From a virus (Duplodnaviria; Heunggongvirae; Uroviricota; Caudoviricetes): a stretch of 64,000 nt of DNA. Below the pieces are notes generated by a model. The model did no database searches and was not told where the DNA came from. It saw only the letters and a program-made list of their open reading frames with translations. Position 1 is the first letter of the stretch; each line of letters starts with the position of its first letter. The position numbers were made by a program, and so were the translations under genes. The stretch is from IMG/VR virus record IMGVR_UViG_2778261139_000002, positions 22,595-86,594 of that record; one strand, given 5' to 3'. Shown one piece after another: positions 1-10,245 of this stretch.

Positions 1-203
1 TACAGGGAATAAGTGACGCAGACCGACGACGTGAAGAAATTGAGGCTGCGAACAAACAGATGGCGGCGCAACAGAAAGCGCAGAACAAGCAGAATATCGG
101 TACGGGCATTGGTACGGGGGCGGCTATTGGCGCATCCGTTGGTGGTCCTGTTGGTGCTGTTGCTGGTGCAGTAATTGGCGGCATTGCTGGTTCTTTGTTT
201 TAA
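1..203 (+). CDS. C-terminal end of an upstream protein with glycine-zipper tail (partial CDS)
   Basis: Open frame 3 to stop at 201-203; translation ends ...NIGTGIGTGAAIGASVGGPVGAVAGAVIGGIAGSLF; RBS-like GGAGTGGTG precedes next gene. Confidence 0.5.
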   Translation, partial: QGISDADRRREEIEAANKQMAAQQKAQNKQNIGTGIGTGAAIGASVGGPVGAVAGAVIGGIAGSLF

Positions 204-213
204 GGAGTGGTGA

Positions 214-1479
214 ATGAGCGGATTTGCACAGGGGTTACTTGCCGGATTCAGCACCGTTGACCAGGCAATGACCCGTCGTAAGGAGCTTGGTCTGCGTGAA
301 GCACAGCTTGCCCGGCAACAGAAAAATAACGAGCGCGATTTTGAATTTGCGCAGTCTCAGTTTGAGCACCGGAAAGAGAATGATCAGCGTACATATGATC
401 TTAATGTCAGGAATGCTGACCGTGAATATGCGCTGAAAGAGAGGGAACACAAAGCAGCGCAGAATTATCGAAATGCGTCACTGGGTATGGAGCAGCAGCG
501 ACTCCAGTTGCAGAAATACAACCAGCGACGGCTTGAGTATAACGATATGCTGGCGCGCGATCAGCCTGTGATGGCTGCGCTTGGAAAGGCTGTGGATGCT
601 GGTGATCGGGATGCGGCAATGCGTCTTTACGGGCAGTTGTCAGAGGGTAATCCGCTGAGGCTGATGGCGAATGATGGCTATGCAGCGAAAGCGGGGCAGG
701 CCGTGAACAACCTGCAGAAAATCTTTGATGATAAGCCGGACAGGGCGATTGCTTCGCTGAATACCCCGGAAAATCTCGATGTGCTTTCCGGCGTGTTTGC
801 CCCGGAACTACAACAGCGTATTGGCATGCCTGATTCAACCGGGGAAAAGACAATAAAAGAGGCCAGGATTGGCAGTATCGTACCGGCGCAGCAGGAAGGG
901 TACGTACTTATTGGTCTTGATCTCACATACAGCGATGGCTCCACCGCGCATAAACCTGTAACAGAATACGGCAGTGCACATCCTGATGATCAAACCGTGC
1001 TGGCGATACCCGTTGATAAGGCTGTCGCTCTTGTCAGGGATCGCAGTAAATTCGCGGAAATTTCGAAAAATTACGGTTATTTCATGCCGAAGCAGCAGGG
1101 ACTTTCTCTGAAAGAGCTTCAGAAGGGGGCCAGCAACGTAGCGGCGGAGGCGATCAAGAATGGCGGTAATGCTCAGGCTGCGGTGGATGAATATTATGCT
1201 GCGACTGGTTCACAACCGCATCAACAGAAAATTCAGCAACAAAAACTTCAGCAACAGGTTATCAACTGGGCGGGAGATGATCCTGATAAGCTGTCATTTG
1301 CCAGAAATGTAGCGGCCCGTCAGCCTGAAATGCTGGAACCTCAGAATCAGAAATTGCTGGAGAACGGGTATGCGAATTTTCTCCGTATTCAAAAGGCCAG
1401 GGGGGAACAGGCCAGAGATGAAAGTGCTTCATCTGCATCTCAGTTTATCCGTGGACTGAAACAGAATTACGCCCAGTAA
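214..1479 (+). CDS. Hypothetical coiled-coil-rich protein, 421 aa (possible virion/late protein)
   Basis: Long ORF with AAGGAG 6 nt upstream of ATG; Gln/Arg/Glu-rich predicted coiled-coil composition; no family recognised. Confidence 0.6.
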   Translation: MSGFAQGLLAGFSTVDQAMTRRKELGLREAQLARQQKNNERDFEFAQSQFEHRKENDQRTYDLNVRNADREYALKEREHKAAQNYRNASLGMEQQRLQLQKYNQRRLEYNDMLARDQPVMAALGKAVDAGDRDAAMRLYGQLSEGNPLRLMANDGYAAKAGQAVNNLQKIFDDKPDRAIASLNTPENLDVLSGVFAPELQQRIGMPDSTGEKTIKEARIGSIVPAQQEGYVLIGLDLTYSDGSTAHKPVTEYGSAHPDDQTVLAIPVDKAVALVRDRSKFAEISKNYGYFMPKQQGLSLKELQKGASNVAAEAIKNGGNAQAAVDEYYAATGSQPHQQKIQQQKLQQQVINWAGDDPDKLSFARNVAARQPEMLEPQNQKLLENGYANFLRIQKARGEQARDESASSASQFIRGLKQNYAQ

Positions 1480-1511
1480 TTCACGATATTCCATTAATAC
1501 CATTTCCTGAT

Positions 1512-1538
1512 GCCCGGCCATTGTGCCGGGTTTTTTTA
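1512..1538 (+). terminator. Rho-independent terminator/attenuator hairpin followed by T7 tract
   Basis: CCCGGC-cattgt-GCCGGG followed by TTTTTTT, directly upstream of the giant ORF RBS. Confidence 0.5.
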
Positions 1539-1548
1539 TGGAGTCTGT

Positions 1549-4500
1549 ATGGCCTATTCAGAGGAACAGCGTCCTGAGGCGCAACTCGGTAACCAGAATC
1601 GTAACAGCCTGAACATTCAGCAACCCGGCGAAACTGACAGCTATGAAGCATTTTTCTCTGATCCGAATCGCTGGAAGGATAACAGTACGTCGTTCAGCCT
1701 GGGCGATGTATTGCCAACAATGGGTAAAGGTTTCGCCCAGTCCGTCCGGGGAACAGGGGAAATGGCCCGTGGACTCGGTGATGCGATGATTCAGAGCCCG
1801 GTAAAAACAGGGGTGCGTATTTTAAATGAGTTCAGCCGTATGGGGCTGCCGGGTGTCGCAACTGTGCAGGATATTTTTGCCGGTGGCAGCAGGGGGGCTG
1901 ATGAGGTCATCGATACCCTGCCTGATGGCAAAAACGCGGTTACTGATACTGTCGGTAAAGGTCTGAAGGCAACCGGTAAGGCTGTCAGTGATGGTGCTAA
2001 AGCCTCGGATGAATGGCTGACCGATAATATGTCGCCGGGTGCTGTGCGTGCGCTGAATACGCCAATGAGTGAAGGCTATGATGATCCCGCAGTCTGGCTG
2101 ACGAAGGGGATGAATTTTGTCGGTGCCGTTGCGGCAGATGTGTTTGCTGGCGGTGTGGCTAAAAAGGTGGGTGATGTCACACTGCGAAAAATGCTGACCG
2201 CCGGGCTGGAGAAAAAATACATCGCGGCAGGGATGCAGCCGGAAAGAGCCACGGCACTGGCAGCAGACGCTGTCGATAAAAAAATGCCGGATTTATTCCG
2301 GGCGGGCCTGATCACCCATTCCACAGCCAGTGCACAGGGGCAGAGTGCAATGGCGGCAGCAGATGCTGTTCTTAATGCGGATTACTCTGAGCTGGCGCAG
2401 TCACCGAAATTTCAGCAGACGTTTTTGTCCATTGACGCCGACCCGCAGCACGCACAGCTTACTGATCGCCAGAAAATGGACCTGGCAAAAGAGCGTGTGG
2501 CTGATGAGGTGCGTGCGCAACTGGCAACCGATCCTCAGTTGCTGGCTGTGAATGCCATGGCGGCAAAACTGGGCGATGCTCAGTTGCTTAATCTGGCGAT
2601 GCGGGGCACGGCGAATACCGTTAAAAGCGGCATGATCAGAAACGCCACTGAACAGGGGGCGATTAATGCGGCGCAGGGCGGCTATTCACGCTATCAGGAA
2701 AACATGGCACTGCGTGATACCGCCGGAATGGATGTGTCGCCGTGGGAGGGCGTGGCTGACGCAACGATCGAAGGTGCAGCCCTTGGTGCTGCGATGGGGG
2801 CACCATTCGGTGCGGTTGCCGGATATCGTGGCAGACGTCAGGCGGCAGATGAAGCCGCCATGCGTGAGGCTGAAGTCGTACAGCAGGACGACGCAGCCCC
2901 GCAACCAGAATCTGTTGATCCGGTGGCGCAGCATCGTGAATCCATGCAGGGGATGAATCGCGAGCAGCTTCTGGAGCAGTATGCTGATGCGGATATGGCG
3001 ACAGAGGGTGACGCATCCGCAACTCATCGCCGGGAAGCCGCCAGCCAGCTGTTGAATGAACTGGACGAACAGGCGAAGCGACAGGCTGTGATGAATGAGC
3101 TGAAGGCGAAGCCGCGTTCTGAACTGCTTGAGGAATACCGCAGACTCAGCCAGAAAGAGGGGCGCACCGAGACTGAAGAACAACAGTTTCAGGCAATACG
3201 AGAAGTCATTCGCCCACAACAGGAAGTGACGCCGGAAGCACAGTCACAGTCTGAAAATGCGGAGGATGGTAACGGGAGCATTTACCCGACGGTGCGGTTC
3301 CGGGACCCGAATGAAGTCCGCATTGAAATTAACGGGAATGGTGCGTCCAGACCAGCGGAACGCATTGAAAAGGTGCGCCCGGACAACCGTTATTTCACGG
3401 ATGAGAAAAGCGCCATGGGGAGTGATGTTTTCCGTAATGCCGCCGCCACCGGCCTGAAACCGTCCGTAGTGAAGAAAGGCGAGAATCAGTATGCCGTTGA
3501 AATGGATAATCCTGCGTTCTCTGAAAATGTGGCAACGGAAACCATTAACACCCTGGCTGACGGAGAGCGTATTGCTGATGCTGACCCGATGGAGCAGCCC
3601 GCGTTCATGCGTGACCCGCGATTCCGTGGTTTCACGGGGGATGATACGGAGGTACAGGCCCGCCTTGCCCGTGGCAACGCGCCGACGGCGGAGGAGCTTG
3701 TACGTTCACAGATGGCTGAAGGTGATGCCGGTCCGACAGCACAGGAGTTAACTGAGCGTCCGCGTCTGCCCGCCCCCGGCGATATTCATCCCGGACAGGG
3801 ATATCCGTTACCGGGAGAGGTGGCGCGTACGCCGGATGAGAATCAGGCCGGACGTGGTGGTCGTTTTACCACAACCGGTGAGGTTAAGGGCCAGAGTTTC
3901 CAGAAAGGACGCGGCCCGGCACAGGAAAACGCCGCTGGTCGCCAGGGGGAAATACTGGAGGGCGAAACTGTTCGTCGTGGTCTGCCGTCACCGGATGAGC
4001 AGAGTGTTACCGCCCCGGTACGTGAAGGTCTACCGGCTCCTGACATTACACACAATGTCCGCATGCCTCAGCCTGAACAGCTTCCCCGAACTGTTCGCAA
4101 CTCATTACCTGAGCTGGCACAGCAGGCAGAAGTACGCCGACAGACAGGAGAAGTTCGCGACATCCCGCATGCTGAAACAACAGCACATGAGTCTGAAACA
4201 GTTGCTGCTACTGATGGTGAAGGTGCCGCACGCGGAGGTGTTGCCGGGGGCAAAAAAATTGAAGACTTTGGCGAGGAAATTAAAGGGGCAGCCAAACACC
4301 GTTATGCACAGCTTGCTGAAACACTGGGTAAAACGCTGGAAGACAGGGATTATGCCACGCAGCCGCTGAGCAAACTGTTCCCGAAACCGGACTACGCAAA
4401 ACTGGCGAACGAAGGTGCCGATGCTGACACTCTGGCAATGATAGCTCTGTATCGTAGCGATATTCCGGCGAAGACGAAACACAATACGGCAGGCTGGGGG

Positions 4501-7500
4501 GAGAGCATAAAAAAAGTACGACACAGTGTATCGGAAATGCTGAACGGAACGGTCAGCGCGAAACGCCTCGCAGAATGGATGGAAGGTAGAATGCCCTCCC
4601 GTTACGCGGATACCTGGCAACTGTTACGCACTCTGCCACCCTCACAGATGGACAGGGCTTCTGCTTATCGGGTGGTATCGGGTGTGTATCAGGCGGCAGG
4701 AGGGAAGCGTTACGATCCGCCACAGAAACTTTATTCACTGCGCAATAAGGACAATAAGGGGAGTAACCTCTTTTTCTCGGAAAGCAGGGATGAATTACTG
4801 GCAAAGGCGAAAGTCTGGTTTGCAGAGCAGGAGGAAAAATCACAGGCGAAAGGTGATGAAAAAACAGCACCGTCACCGGATGACAAAATCCGCTTTGACG
4901 TTTACCGGAATACCCGCAGTGGCGATATTTTTATCGCTTACGGTAAAAACAAAATGCGGGTGAGAGGTGGCTTTAAGTCAGCCAGTGATGCGCGTAAGTA
5001 CATTGATTCACATCGTGATGAGCTTGTTCGTCATGTGAAGGATATGCGGGAGATTTCGCGTGAGGAGCAGCGTAACGCCACCAACCGCGACCGTACCGGA
5101 CCAGAACGCCGTAAAGGGGATGTTTCACCGGAGCAGTTCAGTGATGCGTTTGGTTTCCGTGGTGTGCAGTTTGGTAACTACGTGGAAGGTCCGCGTCGTC
5201 AGGCTGATTTGAACCGGGCTTATGACTCGCTGCATGACCTTGCGGAAGTACTGAATGTACCGACAAAAGCGCTTTCCCTGAACGGTCGTCTTGGCCTGGC
5301 ATTTGGTGCCCGTGGTAAGGGTAAGGCGGCGGCACACTATGAGTCAGGTGAGGTGGCAATCAACCTGACAAAAGGTAACGGACCGGGGGCGCTGGCGCAC
5401 GAATGGTTCCATTCACTGGATAATTATTTTGGTCGTTATGACGTTTCCACTGACGGGAAGATTACGTCAGGTGGCGACTTTATGACGGAAGCACAGCGTG
5501 CCAGGCGCGTATTTAAAGACGGCAGGTATGTTGATGCTGAATATCCGGTACGTCAGGAGGTTTACGACGCTTTTAAAGGTGTGATTCAGGCCATTAAAAA
5601 CAGTGACATGCCGCGTCGTTCAGCGCTTCTCGATGAGGTGCGCTCAAAACCGTACTGGTCAACGGATGTTGAAATGGCGGCACGTGCCTTTGAGCGTTAT
5701 GTTCAGGATAAGGCGCGTATGGCTGGCGTGGAGAATGATTATCTGGTCAATATCCGTAAGGCACCTGAGCACAACACAGATAACACTTGGGCTTATCCGA
5801 CGAATGCGGAACTGGATGGCGGTATTCGTGAGGCATTCGATCACCTGTTCCGCACCCTGAAAACCCGTGAGACGGACAAGGGCGTTGCGTTTTATTCCCG
5901 TAAGGGCGTTACCCGCACACCTGAAGGTAATCTCATTTCGGATGTTAACCGTAGTGCGGAAGCCAAAGGCAGCCCGGTCCCGCAGGTTGAAGCGGTTGCC
6001 CGTGGCGTGATGAGCGGCATTAAGGACAGTGACCTGAAGGTCCGTGTGGTGAAGTCACAGAAAGAGGCTGAAGCGCTGGCGGGTGAATCGTTCGACGGTT
6101 ACGGCAGGGTGCACGCATTCTATCGTCCGGATAAACGAGAAATTGTCCTGGTGGCGGATAACATCCCTGACGGGCGGACCGTACGCGAGAAGTTGCGTCA
6201 CGAGATTATCCACCATGCCATGGAGCATGTTGTCACGCCAGCGGAATATCAGACGATTATCAAAACCGTGCTGAAAACCCGCGACAGTGATAACGCCACC
6301 ATCCGTGAAGCATGGCGTAAGGTTGATGCGTCCTATGGTAAGGAATCACCGGAAGTACAGGCGGGTGAATTTCTGGCACATATGGCGGAGAAACAGCCGA
6401 ATAAATTCGTGGCGGCATGGGAGCGTGTTGTTGCCCTGGTCAAAGGGGTACTGCGTCGTACGGGGTTACTGAAACCGACGGAACTGAACGATATCAGACT
6501 TGTTCGCGAGACCATCCGTACGTTAGGCCAGCGTGTGCGGGAAGGTTACACGCCGCGTGAGGATGGCGCGGGCGCATCGTCTCAGTACTCCCGTAGTGGT
6601 AAACCTGATCCGTTCAAAGTGCCGGAAGGTGAGGGTGAACGTTATCGCGATGACCTTGCCAGAATGATGAAATCTCTGCGTACCACAGATTTAACGGTAA
6701 ACATCGGGCGTACGCCGCCGGTATTGCGTCACCTTGGTGCACCGGATTTGCCGCTGGTTATTTCCCGCGATACTGTGCGGAAGGCCACCAATGGTGTGAA
6801 ACATGTGGTGCCGATGGATGTTATCGAGAGACTACCGGAACTGATGCACGATCCGGATGCAATTTACCGTTCCGCGACAGAAAGAAATGCGGTTGTGATG
6901 CTGCTTGATGCCGTGGATAAAAATGGTGATCCGGTAGTGTCTGCGGTGCATATGAAGGCAACCCAAAAACTTCTGGAAGTTAACCGTATTGCTTCTGTTT
7001 ACGGAACGGAAAACGGGAAAAAACTGAAGAGTATGGAAATGGCTGGCTTAACATTATACAGGAGAGAAAAACTAAACCCTGATGGTTCTCTGTACAGAGG
7101 GCTCCAATTGCCCAAAGATGAGCACTCCCGTCAGGGTTCTGCGGATAAAATACTCTATCCTGAAGATATTCGCAAGGGGCCGTATTACTCCCGTACCAGC
7201 AGTCTGACACCGGAAGAGACAATTGCATCGCGTTTTGTGCGCCAGATGCAGGATAAATTCCAGGTGCTGAAAGCTGTTCAGGAGAATATCCGTAAAACTG
7301 GTGGAAAAATAGACGACAGTAACAACGCTTATATGGCGGAAGAACTCTTCCACGGGAAGGCGGAAAACGACCTGAACGTGATGAAGGAGCGCTACGTTCA
7401 GCCACTGGCTAAATTACTGGCGGACTACAAAATTGCGCAGGCCGATCTGGATGAGTACCTCTACGCCCGTCACGCGCCGGAACGTAACGCGCATATCGCG

Positions 7501-9930
7501 AAAATCAACCCGAAAATGCCGGACGGCGGTTCGGGGATGACCAACGCGGAAGCGGCGGAAATCATGCAGCGTGTACGTAACAGCGGCAAACAGGCACAGT
7601 ATGACCGTCTGGCAGGGATTGTTGACGATATGCTGGCCCGTCGCCGTGAGCTTATCCGTGAGGCCGGACTGGAAGAGAGCGGTGTGGTGGATGCTTGGCA
7701 GAACGCCTACCGTTACTACGTTCCCTTGAAAGGGCAGGATGTTGACGGTGTGGTGTCACTGCCCCGTACAGGTAAGGGCTTCACCATCGGTGGGCGTGAA
7801 AGTAAGCAGGCCATGGGGCGTGCATCCCGCGCACAGTCTCCGTCCACTCAGGCGATACAGGACTTGAGCGAATCGCTGATCCGCAGTCGCAAAAATGAAG
7901 TGGGTAACGCCTTCCTGAAGCTGGTGCAGGATAATCCCGATAAGGATTACTGGCAGGTATTCACTGATGACAGACCGGATACCATGCGTGTGATTGCAGA
8001 GCGCAAGGACCAGGAAACTGGTGAAACCATTCGCGAAGTTGTCGAGCGTCCGGTGGCGATGGCAATGATGGCAGACCGGTACTTCACCACCAAAAAGAAC
8101 GGCAAAACGTACTACATCAAACTCCATGATCCGCGCCTGATGCGTGCGATGAAGAATATGGGACCGGAAACCAGTAACGCAGTAATCCGTACGCTGGGGA
8201 AAGTTAACCGCTTCCTGGCAACGGTGAACACGTCGTATAACCCGGAATTCCTGGTCAGTAACTTTATCCGTGACGTGCAGACAGCGGTGATGAATCTGAA
8301 GGCGGAGCAGGGAAGGAGCGACGGCAAACTGAAAGGGCTGGATAACTTATCCGCACTGGCTGTGGTGAAAGACAGCCGTTCTGCTATGTCAGCCGTATAC
8401 GCCAGTCTGCGTGGCAAAAACCTCACGGGCAAAGGTGCGCAGTGGCAGAAGGTGTGGAAAGAGTTTGTTGAGGACGGAGGTAAAACCGGCTGGTTTAACA
8501 TGGGTGACCTTGAAGGCCAGCAGAAGGAAATGGATCGCCTTGTATCGCTGGCGAAGGGAGGATGGAAAGGCCAGAGTATCGGTGCATGGAATTCGTTCCT
8601 TAACCTTGTCGAGGATGCCAACGGGGCGGTTGAAAATGCTCTGCGTCTTTCTGCCTATAAACACGCCCGTGATGCCGGTTTGTCACGCCAGCAGGCGGCG
8701 TCTCTTGCCAAAAACATGACGGTGAACTTTAATCGTCGTGGTGAGCAGGGAGCGCTGATGAACTCGCTGTATATGTTTGCCAACGCCAGCATTCAGGGGA
8801 CGGCAAACCTGGTGAGAACGCTCGGACATCTTAATGGCGACGGGCCGTTACTGGAGCGCCTTCGCTGGAAGAATCTCAATGTACCGCAGAAAATCGCGCT
8901 TGCAGCTGTGGGTGCGGGTTATCTGCTTGGCTCGCTTAACCGCAGTGTTGCGGGGGAGGATGATGACGGGGTTAACTGGTATGACAAGGTGCCGTCTCAT
9001 GTGAAAGAGCGTAACCTCGTCATTATGAAATCGGTGTTCGGGGGCAAGGCCGGAGAGTACTGGAGTATTCCTCTGCCTTACGGGTACAACGTTTTCTTCC
9101 TGCTCGGGCATACTGCTGAAGGTGTGGCGGCAGGTGACCTGACGGCGTCCCGTGCTGCCGGTAATGTTGTCGGTGGTATCCTGGGGGCATTCAGTCCTGT
9201 GGGCAGTGAAACGTCGGAAACACTGTCCGGGGCATTGCTGAAAAATGCAGCGCCGACCATTCTGCGTCCGTTTGCGAACCTTGCCATGAATGAAAACTTC
9301 ATGGGGGCGCAGATTTACCAGGAGAACATGCCGTTTGGTACACCAAAACCTGACAGCCAGCTGGGAAGACGTTCAACGCCAGAAGCGTACAAGGCGTTTG
9401 CATCCTGGCTGAATGCGTTCTCAGGTGGCAGCCAGTATCGTCCCGGCGCGGTGGATATCACACCGGAATCGCTGAAATTCTGGATTGACTATATCTCCGG
9501 AGGGACAGGGCGCTTCATTTCCAAAACCACGGATGCGGCGGTGAAATCGCTGAATGGTATTGATATACCGGAGCAGCAGGTGCCTTTCCTGGGGAAAATT
9601 TCAGGTGAGGTGATGCCGTATACTGACCAGCAGAAGATGTACGACCGGATGACAGAGGTCGCGCAGTATCACGCAGAGCTGAAGAGTCTGAGCGGTGCAG
9701 AAAGAACGGCATTCATTGACGAGAACAACGGAAAATTGTCGATGAACGGGCTTATGCAGGATACCCGGAAGAGACTGAAGGATTTGCGCAAACAGCGCGA
9801 TGCCATTTATGCCGACAGTTCTCTCAGTCTGGCGCAGCAGGCGGCGATAGTGAAATCGGTAGAGCGGGATATGAAGGTTGCCGTGGATCGCTTTAACCGC
9901 GAGTACAACAAAAAAGTGGGAGTGGATTAA
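1549..9930 (+). CDS. Giant multidomain protein, 2793 aa, with two HExxH zincin-like motifs (polyvalent virion/injected protein candidate; function unknown)
   Basis: Uninterrupted 8.4 kb ORF; start moved from tabulated 1510 to ATG 1549 (GGAG 5 nt upstream; 1510 lies in terminator hairpin); motifs ALAHEWFHSLD (~nt 5398) and LRHEIIHHAMEH (~nt 6199). Confidence 0.8.
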   Translation: MAYSEEQRPEAQLGNQNRNSLNIQQPGETDSYEAFFSDPNRWKDNSTSFSLGDVLPTMGKGFAQSVRGTGEMARGLGDAMIQSPVKTGVRILNEFSRMGLPGVATVQDIFAGGSRGADEVIDTLPDGKNAVTDTVGKGLKATGKAVSDGAKASDEWLTDNMSPGAVRALNTPMSEGYDDPAVWLTKGMNFVGAVAADVFAGGVAKKVGDVTLRKMLTAGLEKKYIAAGMQPERATALAADAVDKKMPDLFRAGLITHSTASAQGQSAMAAADAVLNADYSELAQSPKFQQTFLSIDADPQHAQLTDRQKMDLAKERVADEVRAQLATDPQLLAVNAMAAKLGDAQLLNLAMRGTANTVKSGMIRNATEQGAINAAQGGYSRYQENMALRDTAGMDVSPWEGVADATIEGAALGAAMGAPFGAVAGYRGRRQAADEAAMREAEVVQQDDAAPQPESVDPVAQHRESMQGMNREQLLEQYADADMATEGDASATHRREAASQLLNELDEQAKRQAVMNELKAKPRSELLEEYRRLSQKEGRTETEEQQFQAIREVIRPQQEVTPEAQSQSENAEDGNGSIYPTVRFRDPNEVRIEINGNGASRPAERIEKVRPDNRYFTDEKSAMGSDVFRNAAATGLKPSVVKKGENQYAVEMDNPAFSENVATETINTLADGERIADADPMEQPAFMRDPRFRGFTGDDTEVQARLARGNAPTAEELVRSQMAEGDAGPTAQELTERPRLPAPGDIHPGQGYPLPGEVARTPDENQAGRGGRFTTTGEVKGQSFQKGRGPAQENAAGRQGEILEGETVRRGLPSPDEQSVTAPVREGLPAPDITHNVRMPQPEQLPRTVRNSLPELAQQAEVRRQTGEVRDIPHAETTAHESETVAATDGEGAARGGVAGGKKIEDFGEEIKGAAKHRYAQLAETLGKTLEDRDYATQPLSKLFPKPDYAKLANEGADADTLAMIALYRSDIPAKTKHNTAGWGESIKKVRHSVSEMLNGTVSAKRLAEWMEGRMPSRYADTWQLLRTLPPSQMDRASAYRVVSGVYQAAGGKRYDPPQKLYSLRNKDNKGSNLFFSESRDELLAKAKVWFAEQEEKSQAKGDEKTAPSPDDKIRFDVYRNTRSGDIFIAYGKNKMRVRGGFKSASDARKYIDSHRDELVRHVKDMREISREEQRNATNRDRTGPERRKGDVSPEQFSDAFGFRGVQFGNYVEGPRRQADLNRAYDSLHDLAEVLNVPTKALSLNGRLGLAFGARGKGKAAAHYESGEVAINLTKGNGPGALAHEWFHSLDNYFGRYDVSTDGKITSGGDFMTEAQRARRVFKDGRYVDAEYPVRQEVYDAFKGVIQAIKNSDMPRRSALLDEVRSKPYWSTDVEMAARAFERYVQDKARMAGVENDYLVNIRKAPEHNTDNTWAYPTNAELDGGIREAFDHLFRTLKTRETDKGVAFYSRKGVTRTPEGNLISDVNRSAEAKGSPVPQVEAVARGVMSGIKDSDLKVRVVKSQKEAEALAGESFDGYGRVHAFYRPDKREIVLVADNIPDGRTVREKLRHEIIHHAMEHVVTPAEYQTIIKTVLKTRDSDNATIREAWRKVDASYGKESPEVQAGEFLAHMAEKQPNKFVAAWERVVALVKGVLRRTGLLKPTELNDIRLVRETIRTLGQRVREGYTPREDGAGASSQYSRSGKPDPFKVPEGEGERYRDDLARMMKSLRTTDLTVNIGRTPPVLRHLGAPDLPLVISRDTVRKATNGVKHVVPMDVIERLPELMHDPDAIYRSATERNAVVMLLDAVDKNGDPVVSAVHMKATQKLLEVNRIASVYGTENGKKLKSMEMAGLTLYRREKLNPDGSLYRGLQLPKDEHSRQGSADKILYPEDIRKGPYYSRTSSLTPEETIASRFVRQMQDKFQVLKAVQENIRKTGGKIDDSNNAYMAEELFHGKAENDLNVMKERYVQPLAKLLADYKIAQADLDEYLYARHAPERNAHIAKINPKMPDGGSGMTNAEAAEIMQRVRNSGKQAQYDRLAGIVDDMLARRRELIREAGLEESGVVDAWQNAYRYYVPLKGQDVDGVVSLPRTGKGFTIGGRESKQAMGRASRAQSPSTQAIQDLSESLIRSRKNEVGNAFLKLVQDNPDKDYWQVFTDDRPDTMRVIAERKDQETGETIREVVERPVAMAMMADRYFTTKKNGKTYYIKLHDPRLMRAMKNMGPETSNAVIRTLGKVNRFLATVNTSYNPEFLVSNFIRDVQTAVMNLKAEQGRSDGKLKGLDNLSALAVVKDSRSAMSAVYASLRGKNLTGKGAQWQKVWKEFVEDGGKTGWFNMGDLEGQQKEMDRLVSLAKGGWKGQSIGAWNSFLNLVEDANGAVENALRLSAYKHARDAGLSRQQAASLAKNMTVNFNRRGEQGALMNSLYMFANASIQGTANLVRTLGHLNGDGPLLERLRWKNLNVPQKIALAAVGAGYLLGSLNRSVAGEDDDGVNWYDKVPSHVKERNLVIMKSVFGGKAGEYWSIPLPYGYNVFFLLGHTAEGVAAGDLTASRAAGNVVGGILGAFSPVGSETSETLSGALLKNAAPTILRPFANLAMNENFMGAQIYQENMPFGTPKPDSQLGRRSTPEAYKAFASWLNAFSGGSQYRPGAVDITPESLKFWIDYISGGTGRFISKTTDAAVKSLNGIDIPEQQVPFLGKISGEVMPYTDQQKMYDRMTEVAQYHAELKSLSGAERTAFIDENNGKLSMNGLMQDTRKRLKDLRKQRDAIYADSSLSLAQQAAIVKSVERDMKVAVDRFNREYNKKVGVD

Positions 9931-10053
9931 CAGAAATGGCCCCGTACGGAAGTGCGGGGCTGATTAAGGAATAAACACACATTAACCTGTAATAACCGGA
10001 GCTATTAACATATAGTCAGAAAGAGTATTTCATGTGAGACAGAGAGCCGATTT

Positions 10054-10245
10054 ATGTTTAATGAAGAAAAAGTTGCGCAAATGGCAGCGTATTTGCTGAA
10101 AAAGCATGGCGGATCTATGCGTTTCATTAAGCTGATGAAGCTGATGTATCTCTCTGACCGCAAAGCAATGGAGTCTTTAACCGGGAAGGGGAGAGGTTTG
10201 AATGCTCCCCCACAATTCCCCGGCATCAAATCTCCATGCAGGTGA
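10054..10245 (+). pseudogene. Possible N-terminal remnant of a phage-associated (Panacea/DUF4065-like) gene
   Basis: 63-codon ORF; first ~40 aa (MFNEEKVAQMAAYLLKKHGGSMRFIKLMKLMYLSDRKAM) resemble the N terminus of that family from memory, then low-complexity tail; lies in convergent gap. Confidence 0.25.

Noticed and set aside
1510-1548. Tabulated start of the giant ORF at 1510 (MPGHCAGFFYGVC...)
   Set aside because: These codons are the terminator hairpin and T tract of the upstream gene; ATG 1549 has a proper GGAG RBS.
2076-9712. Many short ORFs on both strands inside the giant ORF (for example 2686-3219, 3836-4369, 4105-4620, 8112-8621)
   Set aside because: Embedded in or antisense to a single continuous 8.4 kb frame; none has an independent RBS or recognisable product.
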